A stretch of 64,000 bases of DNA from Bugula neritina (taxonomy: Eukaryota > Animalia > Bryozoa), in the NCBI GenBank assembly GCA_964035545.1, contig OZ037768.1:8836741-8900740 (forward strand), read 5' to 3'. Each line of letters opens with the position of its first letter. Positions within the stretch are counted from its first letter, which is position 1. A program made the position numbers and the translations under genes. Shown here in pieces: positions 53,001 through 64,000 of the stretch. A model generated the notes under the pieces. It searched no databases. It worked only from the letters and a program-made list of their open reading frames with translations, and had not been told where the DNA came from.

Positions 53001-56000
53001 GTTCATTCAATGGCCTTAACTTGTTACTTATGTAGCTCGTATTTTCTGTAAAATAATCTGTCTCAAAACGGCTACGCAGATAGTAAAACTAAGTTAAAAG
53101 AAAACACACAATTTTTAATTATAACTGGAAGCAAGAATCTATCTAGATTCAGCTCACAAATCTTAAGCAATTCGTAAAGAAAAATAGCACAAATATTACA
53201 TATCTGTTTATATGATTAATAACTACCTCACAGCGGTCCATATCCAAGACTAAGTTCTTTGTAGCATAGACTGTGGGATGAGCCCATGGAGAGGGCTCTT
53301 GCCAGTGTCTGTTTAAGTCAAATCCCATCAAAGATGATCTACCATATACGAATAACATCCACTGCATGATGAGTAACAGAAACATAACTCATTCAAAAGT
53401 ACATTGCGACAATGCATCCATTCAGCCATAAAAATAGCACTTAGTCTCTGCTAACAATCGCTAACATTATTTCAATTAAAAATGTCTTCTATAAAATTTA
53501 ATTTTTCACAAAAAATCACTAGTAAATTCAAATAAGAATTATACTGCATTTTAATAATACTACAGCAAAAAACAGCAGTGATGTGATTGAATGTTCTACA
53601 ATAAATGTCAATTAAAAAACATTTTATATTCTTCATTGTGATATTTTTTTAAATACTTCAGTTGAATAAAGCCACATGGTTAAAACTTTTATTTCAACTG
53701 GTTACTTTTTTATTGGCTATTTCAATGTAGGCTAATGGCTTTTATAAACACATTAAGATGTGGCTGTATAGTCAACACTTCATTACAATGTTGTGTCAGT
53801 TTAAAATAAAGGCTTCTGGTGAAGAGGAAAAATTAAACATCATAATCTTTGCTGTCCTGCCTTTAAGACATATTATAAGCTAAATTTTACCATAATGACA
53901 GACCAGCAGTCATGTGTTAGCAACACAGAAAGATTATATAGACTTACCTGTAGTTTCCCAAGTAGACTCCATCTGGGCAAAGCATTGGAACAATTTTGAA
54001 TACTACATACTCTCTCAGCACTTTAGCTATAGGGTGACTGCTCACTAAAAAGTCTATCATACCTAAAATGAAAAGAAAATTTCAAATTCTACGCTTAGGT
54101 TTTCTAGCACTTCTCTCAGAGCAAAAAATACAGCTTCACTATTTAGCATAACTCAAACTCTGTTCATAAATGAAATCAATTTTCTCATCAGTGTCACCAG
54201 AAAAAGTCAATAGCAGCTTTTTTAAGATGTTGCATCGAACCCATTAAATAATAATAATAATAATAAGATAACAACAATAAAGTTTGAAGATTTCTTTAAA
54301 ATCTGTTTAGTTTGGAATTTATCAGTTGCGTGCAAGAAAAATACTAAATACAGACAAATTTTTTGCCTATAATTCTCTTTAATTTCAGGCTTCAAATATT
54401 TATTAATTACTTATAACTGAGAGACTTGAAATTAATAGATAAAGATTATGTATGAAGAAAAAAAGTGCTAAAACAGCTTGAAAAATTAATATTTACCAAA
54501 ATAAACAGACAGCTTGGTAAACAACTAGTAGTAAATATATAAATTATTGCTTGAAAATTAAAGCATTAATCTATTGAAGCAAACAATCAAAAATGTAGTC
54601 TTTACAATTGAAAAGCCCTGTAGTGCTACAAATACATTCACACAACTCACTTTTATATTATACACTACAATAATACATACACATCTCACCTTTACATTAT
54701 ACACTACAATAATACATACACATCTCACCTTTACATTATACACTACAATAATACACAAAACCGACCTTGACACACAAATGATGCCGGGGACTCTCCAGGA
54801 TGAACTCGGCCAGTTATAAAAACAACTCTTTGCTTCTGATTGCGTCTTGTGTTTTCAGCACTTGTGATGGTCAGCAAGTCAATTCTTCTCTGTTGCTATA
54901 AGTAATAAAGAGCAAAGGTGAGTCTTGGTAGCCAGAGGATGTTTTTAAACTTCAAATCTATGTATACTTTTTTAATTTCTTTTCAAAATCATAACAGTAT
55001 GATATCATAGGCATTCAATTTTTTGAGAACAAAGGTTATTTTTCTGTGCGATACATAACTTTCTAAAATTAATTTCAATGCATTTGTATCTTTCTGCCAT
55101 GTTAAGTCCTACTAAAGTAAAAGTTTAAAAGGCACTTTAAAGATGCAAAGTATTATAATTATGTTACCACAGAGTAACAGAGAAGCTCTCTTTTGTAGAA
55201 GGACAACTCCCGCTTGTCCAGGTTTTCCAAGTAGTTCTGCAGTCTGGTATAGGAATATGGGAAACAGTAAGCAAACTGGTAAACTTCATTTTCCTTATCA
55301 AAGTTGAAAGCAAAAGACATGACATAATTTTTCCTATGATCTGGACATCGGTAATAGTAGCAATGCTTGGCAGGAATCCGCACCCTTCAAAAAACAAACA
55401 AAAATCATCACCAAAATCTTCAGTAGCAATTTTGAACAAATAGGTAAAGTGAGTTGGTCTTAGATTTAAACAAATAATTATATATTAAATCAAGAAAAGT
55501 TACCTACCATTTTGGCCGATTTGTTGATTTGACAATTGGGGTCATCCCATCACGGTATAATGACTTTGTTTTGCTAAAATTGACTATGTTAAATATGACT
55601 CGTTGATCTGCTTTGACATTTTCGACTGTAAAGTTGAACCACACCCTGAATCGAGGGTTGCATGTATCTGGTCTTATGAAAATGTCGTACTCAGTATCCG
55701 TAATGTAGTCTACACGTCCTAAATTCCCTGCAAAAGTATACACTAAAAATAATAAAAAACAGCTTTTATTGTAGTAAATAATAGTATAAAAATTATAATG
55801 ATACACGCGTATGCACATAGCTGTTACAAAACTTCAGCTGTTTAAGCCTTACAATAACAATTTATAGTTTGTTATAATTGATAATAAGTAATAATGCAAA
55901 TAACGTTGCACATGTAGCAGCCAAATTGCTGTAAAAGTAAGTGGCAATCATTTATATATGCGTAGATATACTCACCACTTTCAAAGCACGCATCAAATAT

Positions 56001-57605
56001 TAAGTTTCCTTTTCTTGGTTTTCCTGAAAATCCTGGGGGAACAACACAGAGCTTGCTGATGTTTCCCACAACAGGATCATCATTACTCTCTGTGTCACTG
56101 CCTAAAAGCAATCATGAACAAGTAAAATAATAAAATAAATACTCTAGAGATAATCTGCTGCCTTGCAAGTTTATATCTTTGGAATGTGATAGAATTACTG
56201 TTTCTAACCCATAAAACAAACTAAGTGTCCTGTATACTCTAAAATTATGTTATTCAATAAAAATAGATGTAAGTCTCAAACCTTTAAATTAAAGCCTTTA
56301 GTCATAAGCATAAAAAACAAATACAATTTCATCTGCCTATATAGGCAAACTTAGACGTTAGATGTTAGTTAAGGCAGTAAATAACAAAACATCAGTCTGA
56401 AATTAGAGTCAAAAAAGTTTCCTAAACTTTGTTTATTAAAGTGACAATGTCAAACAAAGCAAAAGTTGTTTTGAAAAGAAACATGAAACTTTATGAAGCC
56501 AAAAATGTTTAAAATTGAGCATCCTGATTTAAACCTAGTTAGTTTTGATTTGAAATAATCATGAAAAGCATATATAATAACAAAGTAAATTTCAAGCTAT
56601 ATTCAAACTTGTGGCTATGAAAATAAAACTTTTTGAAATAAATTATATACCAATGAAAATGTTGCAGTTACATTTACCCTATGTTATCCTTTTTAGTAGT
56701 CAATATATTATTAAATAGTGTTTTACAAAATTGTGAATGTTGAATTATTAAGCAGAATAAAAAGTGGTGAAATATATCAATAGTAAAGAATACCCTTCTA
56801 TAGAACCACAAATATTTATACTAATATTATCTACCACTACCACTACCAGTCTCATGCTCATACTAATATGGCCATAGTGATAGTAACTATGGCAACGTTA
56901 TTATCATTATAAAACTGATACTGATACCACCAAATTTAACTGATTCTTCTACTTCCTACATTAACCGTTAATGCACATAGTACAAGTACATAAAACTATT
57001 GTTCCTGCCTTGCATAAATTGAGTTTGACTATCAGTATCACTATGTCCATTGTAGTCAACTCAAACTCAAACTCAAAGTCAAATGTGAATTTTATAATGT
57101 TACTGAAAAACTAATAATGATAGCAATACTAATAATATACTAATAGTTATAGTAATACCGATAGTAATAGTAATAGTAATACTAATACTACTATTTATAG
57201 TTATACTAAAAAAAATAGTTATAAGCCATAAGGGGTAATGTATAGCATAACATTAACTGTAACTGTAAGTAATACAGTATTACTATTAATAATACTAATA
57301 TCATAGACATAGTGATAGTGATACTCATACTCATACTGATAGTAATACTGATGGTCATAGTGATAGTCAGATAACCATTCACTGATTCATTTTACATTGA
57401 CTTTGACTTTTAGGTTGACATTGTCATACTCATACTGATGCAATTAGTTAAAACATATTTATTAAATGTCAATCTTACCAAAAGCTTGTTTAATTATTAA
57501 TTATCGTCATCCACCATAATTACTTTTTACAATAAAAGTGGAAACAAACAAAATATGAAGATTCACTAAGCAACTAATAAACAAACCTGAGTTCTTGTCC
57601 GCCAT
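50017..57605 (-). CDS. AGBL4: Cytosolic carboxypeptidase 6 (tubulin deglutamylase, M14), multi-exon
   Basis: [12 protein letters not shown]|[117 protein letters not shown] closely match CCP6; stop TAA 50017-50019. Confidence 0.95.
50522..50938 (-). other. U12-type (minor spliceosome) GT-AG intron in AGBL4
   Basis: Donor GCAT|GTATCCTTG; branch-like ACTTGAC about 16 nt before the 3' end; no polypyrimidine tract; splicing restores EEAY-MKLG. Confidence 0.85.
51150..51272 (+). mobile_element. 5'-truncated copy of the SINE family (AGBL4 intron)
   Basis: AGGAAGAGCATTCAGTCAAAA body and TTAGGGGTTCTCACAGGGATGGTGACTCTAAAC 3' motif. Confidence 0.65.
54641..54757. repeat. 39-bp tandem repeat, 3 copies, next to a splice donor in AGBL4
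   Basis: Unit CACATCTCACCTTTACATTATACACTACAATAATACATA starting at 54641, 54680 and 54719. Confidence 0.9.
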
Positions 57606-60600
57606 CACTATGGGTGAGATCTGCGCAAAAACGTGTTCAACAGTATGTATATTGAAAATTTAAAAAAGCATTTTAGAAATAATTTTACATCTAATAAATT
57701 AAATAATTAAAATATAACTTGAAAAATTTATTGAACTTGACTTCTGCTGGTTACAAAACTGAGCGAACAAGAAGAAAAAACAGAGAAGATAACTCTATAA
57801 TAATTCATCTCGCCTGTAAAAATAACTATGCATAGTCACTATGATACTTATTTTTAGTAATATAGTATGTAGCAAAAGTATGCATTATAATTCTTATGGA
57901 GAATAGTAGCTTCAACTAAAGAGTTATCCTACTCTTTGTCTTCGGCTCATTGGATCAATGCTGAGTCAACCTAGTTATTAGATACTTACGGATCAATACT
58001 TTTCATGAACGCTATTGGATGCAACTTTTACCCATTAGTGACCTTAATGAAGATAAGACAACTAATAAATGATGATAGCATTCCACATGACAGGCATTTT
58101 GTTTGCAGCTTTTGTTCCAGTATAAACCACTTGCTTAATTTTGTTTTTAAATTTAGAGTGTAGACAATCATTGTTTTATTCAAGTGTGCAGGGAACGGTC
58201 AGAATCCAAATAGTAAATTACAATAAAGCAGGTACAGCTAGCAAGTGAGTATTATTTTAATTTTTCTCTGAGGTTTTGTTTATTAATTGCAAAATATAAT
58301 ACATATTTCTGCTGCAGTCATTGTGTAGCTATAAGTTCAGATTTGTCAAAATTAAAGAATTAATATCATTTATATGTTCATTTTTCTGCATGCACCTCAA
58401 AGTAAGTTAGCAAAAGGTTTTAAACTTATTTAACTTTTGACAAAGTAATACTGGTGTAGGATCATAACTGTAAATATTTAAAGAGATGAACTGTTTTTTA
58501 TTTTAATAAAATAATTTAAAAAGGTTTATTGTATTGTATTCATTGTATTATTGGTATTCGTGTTCTAATTGCTACATGCAATATAATGCCAAATGTTTTC
58601 CAGAATATTATGCATGTGATGTTAGCTTCTGCTAAGAATTTATACTTTATAAAATATTATGCCTAAGTGCCAAATATTTTAAAGTTGTAGTTTATACATG
58701 ATTCAAACAAAGACAACGTAGCAATTATTAAGCTCAAAGACTGTTTCGTATAGATTTAATAACTAAGAAGTGGCTAGTATATAACTTATAAATATACAAC
58801 TATATCATTATGTGGCACAGCTTTCAATGGATGCAGTCAATAGTTTTATCCATGTAATTATTCATATATTGCATATATAAGGTTATATCTAGTACATTAG
58901 CAAATCTATAATGAATATAGGAAATATGTATATGAATGCATTAGGAAACATTTTAAATTTTGCTTTCATATTTCTAATTGCCTTAATTGAAGATCAATAC
59001 CCATAGCTTGAGAGCCACCTAATGGCTTTATGAACGGCTATTGTTGAAAAGAACTAACCGTGATCACTCAGTGAAATATAGCACTTTTTATTTTGCTAAA
59101 GTGTGCACAATTCTATAGCATATACTTTAATTTCCAAGTAGGAAACTAGATACAAAGTCTGAATGTATTATTGTCACATATTCTAAACAGACCCGCTGAT
59201 TGTTACTGTAATATACAGTGACAAAGCGCTACAACTGTCTTCCTATTTTAATATGTTTAGACTTGATATACTTAATGCTGAGTTTCTGTATTCCATGCTA
59301 ACAACAATGGCCCTAATAGTTATATTAATGAGTATGTAATTAGAACATAATGGTTGTGTGTGTCAGTCACTAACATTCATATGTCACTATTGATTATAAA
59401 TAGTTTAACTGTTAAAGAGTGGACATTCTCATTGACAGCTATACTTTTAACCAACAAACTATGCAAAATGCAATGCATTCCATATTAATGTATACATGCA
59501 AATGCAGGTCTTATTTTATACCAATACAAACATTATAATTTTAATGCTTTTAAATTACGGTACTAGCTTGTACATTTTGACAAAAACATTTTTTAATAAG
59601 ACTAAAGCGCTGATGGAACAAGAAGGTTTCGGTTGTAATGTGTCCATTAAGGTTTGTTAAAAGACACCTGCCTTATATCTTATCATTATTTCAGACAGTT
59701 ACTAAATGCCTCTGTCAGCAAAATGTCATTTCATGCATATTTTCAAAATACTACAGTTATAGATCTATTATCATTGACTTGTTGGCTTTTAGAGAAAGAA
59801 TTATGGTTTCTTTTTTATGTTTTCGTAATTGTTTTTATTTTTGCAAATGAATCTCCAAGCTCCTAGTAAAAGGAGAGACAATATAATGCTTCTGGTAAAA
59901 ATGGAAGAATAAACTATAAAACTTCTGCCTGCCAATAATAGTGTAAGATGTCCAACTTCCAACACTTCCTTACTACATATCATTTAACTTTCATCTTTTA
60001 ATCTATTAATAGACAATAATTAGTTGTATCAGGTACAATAGTTTAATTGTAGCAGCTGGGTGTTGATGAATTGCTCTTTTTTAACAAAAGCTAAAAGATT
60101 AACAGTTAACATATTATTACTAGTGTTTTCAAAATTGAGATGGAGTGTGTAGATTTTACAAATACTTTTTATATACAGAGGAACTTTCATTAATCTGTTA
60201 CTACACTGCAGACTTTTTCAAGTGACTTTTATGGAAACCCATAATATAATATACTGCTTGTTCTAAAGCTTAAAGTTATGACATGTCTTGGTCTTTGTAT
60301 TCAACACTATATAGCATATTATATACAGTCACATTTCAGGGCATAAATGCTCACAAAAATGTCATTCAAGCAAATAATATTTCTAAGTGAAAGGAAAACT
60401 TTAATGTGTTTTGCTGTTTTCATAGTTGCAACTCATAGAATCTAGCTTGTGCATCATAACTTAAAGAATCGAGTCGCAACAAGATACTATGCAGCAATTA
60501 TGTTTCATGCTCTCAAGTTCGTCATCTTTTTAATGCTATGAAATACGTGTTAGGTATGTACATGAACTAAAATTTTCACTCTGCAGAGATGCAAGGAGAG

Positions 60601-62522
60601 AGTAGGGCAAGACCGGCAAGTGTACGCCAACCATTGAGAGAAGACAATCTTATTAACTAACTTTAGGGGGAGAAGCTATTTTAATAATTTTGTAATGCAT
60701 GCTAAGTTTATTTAAAATATTATATATAATAACAGAAAAACTGCAAATTAAAATAAAAATTAAAATATGCTAAAGTTTATTATAAATAATTTTAGTTATT
60801 AATATAAATATTTTGCTTTAACTTCTATTAGGCACCCTTCAATTTTTCAAGAACTTCAATGTTGCGCAAGAAATGATTGGTCAGATTTCGTGCTATCACG
60901 CGGTAATGCAGACTACCCAGTCTGAAAATGTTAGAATCACGATAGTAATCGTTTCAATTTGCACTTTTCCTCCAGCAATGGTCTGCTCATTTACTTTAAG
61001 CTTGTAAATTTTAGCAGTATTGCTTAGTCAGCCATGCGTTGTAATAATAAATGTTTCTGCTTTGCAGTTTGCTAATGTTGCAGTTGGAACAGATCTGTTA
61101 CTGTTGGTGTTAGTCAGGGTTAAACTTAATCAGTTAAGGTTACACTTTGACTTACAGTTTGAATTACTGAGTTAGAGTTAGTCTTGCAGTTGCTGTAACT
61201 GTTAGTGTTAATGTGGCTATCGTTGTGACTGGCATGTCACCAATTTTTGCTTTTCAATTGTTGTCTTATAATTGTTATTTTTTCAAATTAAAAATTGCAA
61301 TTATTATTAAATTTAATTTTAAAGTTAATCATATATTTGTTTGTAAAAGTTTTACTTATTTTAATATTAATATGGATTTTAAAAAGCTATAATAATTACA
61401 ATAATTAATTTTATAGTTTGGTGTATTATTATGATGTATTTATTATATTATAATTAAAAGTTAGAAGAGGTGTCAAATCCAATCAACATAATTTTGTAAT
61501 CATTAGGATTAAATTTGTAATTTTTCATTATAATCAGTATCACTGGTGGTATTGTTGTGTTTGTTAGTATTACTATTACTCATAGGGTCAAATTTAGTCA
61601 GCCAAAGATTTACTCAAACATTTTTTTTCTAACATACTTTTACTTTCAGTTTCACTGTACTTTTTTCCTAGTTTTAGGTAATATTTCTATTAAAGGTAAT
61701 GTTGAAATACTAATAGTATCCCATATTCTTATTCTAATTAGTTTTAAATTTAAGAATTATACTAACAATGACATTAAATGTACTTGGCTCTATAATACTT
61801 GTAGATGCTCTTGAAATTTATTTATAAGCTGCGAAAGTTATAGTTGGAGAGTTGCACCCGACCTCCAAGTGAGATAGCTATACGTTAATAACTACTATTG
61901 GTATTTATTTATTTTAGTTATGTTTGTGGGGATCATTTTATTTAAGTCTTATAATTTAAATTCAATATCACGTTCATGCAAATTCATGATCCTAGAAAGA
62001 TTAGGAAATTAATCTAGTAGATATTTACTTTTGTATTCATTATAGTTACAACTAATACTAAAGTAAAGGGTGACTGCCATCATTTGTGGTAATAATAAAA
62101 TTGCCTAAATATAGTGTATTAGTAACTCTTTGTTAGTTCTAGTAGTTAGTAATCACATCACATTATCTGACATAGTACAAGTTAATTTTATAAACAGTGT
62201 GGTTTATGATAAAATAAGATTATCAACATATATTTGCACATGCACCTAGACACTTTTTTTGTGGAAACTATCCCCATGTAACACCCTCAATCATTATGGC
62301 AGTAGGTGATTCTTTAATTATCTACAAAAAATTTAATGTTATAAAAGGAAATTTTTTGCAAAAGACCATGAGCTGCATAATTTAAGATTACCCAATTTTT
62401 GCTCAATTTATTTACCAAACTTGAAAAACTGTTGATTGGGTAGCAAATGATTTCTTTCAATTACTGTTTCTAAAAAGTTGTTTGCAAAGTTACTTAGAGT
62501 TTGCTTTTGTTTGTAGAAGTAG

Positions 62523-63200
<678 letters not shown>

Positions 63201-64000
63201 TGATTTTAATTCATTCAAGTCAAATTCATTTGTTCTTTATTTATACATTTACATCCTTTTTATTGATGGATATGTACATCACAAATGCATCGCTCTATCT
63301 AGTTTTGTACACATGATCTATATTATATGTTCCCTAAAGAACTAATTTGTACTGCTGTTGATCTGTTAGCTTTTGAGTAAATTTTCCAGTTGTTCTCATG
63401 GGAGGAATTATTCAGACTATTTGACTAAAACTTAAGTAACTAAGTCAATAGGAAAATAATCTCAAATGCCCTAAACTAATCATGGACAGCTCAGCAGAGC
63501 GAAATTAATGCTCATTAATGCAATCAAATTGACTGTGATGAGATTAGGCAATTAGTAGCAATTTTACTCTTGAAAGCAATAAATGCCTGCCTTGAAATAT
63601 AACGTGCAATGCAGTCTGCTTCCTATATCTTAGTTTGACCTATTATAAATATAGCTGTGTTAAAAAATGTTTTTAAAGTTTCCTGGAAAAGTAGTCTCTA
63701 AAAAACAGTTCAAAAATTTTTTTTAAATAGAGTTCAACATCTTTTTTTATCATTTTTTGTTTCCGTTTTACTTATGAATCATTTATCATGTTATGTGTTT
63801 GATTTTTGCTCTTATCTGTTATATTCAACCTAACTTTTGTTTAAAAGCTGCATATTGATTGATTTACCAAGCTCTGGTTTGCAATGAGCATTATTTTATC
63901 TTGTACAACAAAGCAGAAACCATTGCATACTAGCAGATAGTTCAGGTGAAATGCCTATACCTTGAATAGAAAGAGTGTTTTGATAAATAAATAAATTCTG

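Noticed and set aside
54558-54819. ORFs with 13-aa repeats on both strands
   Set aside because: Arise from the 39-bp intronic tandem repeat
58000-60800. Short ORFs between AGBL4 and ELAV (59638-59983)
   Set aside because: Low-complexity AT-rich translations with no recognisable motif or consistent exon structure

Overview
AT-rich, intron-containing animal (invertebrate, probably lophotrochozoan; inference only) genomic DNA, not prokaryotic. Gene models were assembled by hand from splice sites and reading frames. Left to right: MDH1B (+), glutamate decarboxylase (-), RABIF/MSS4 (-), a typical 2-Cys peroxiredoxin (+), ubiquilin (-), a long (CT)n(CA)n microsatellite, a decayed Academ-type DNA transposon with 19-bp TIRs and a 3-bp TSD, a tandem cluster of three unrecognised multi-pass membrane protein genes (+), AGBL4/CCP6 (-) and the start of an ELAV/Hu gene (+). 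Two of the cluster genes carry an N-terminal TRIM-like RING-HC finger; the middle copy has lost the RING by a clean in-frame deletion. Main candidates for novelty: (1) the RING + ~10-TM family with a RING-less partner; (2) a degenerate, strand-symmetric 6-bp-periodic DNA tract near the 5' end of six of the seven conserved genes, not seen by eye at GAD or the RING-TM genes. Also noted: a U12-type intron in AGBL4, a GC-AG intron in GAD, the head-to-head AGBL4-ELAV arrangement also found in human, and a tRNA-derived SINE family.
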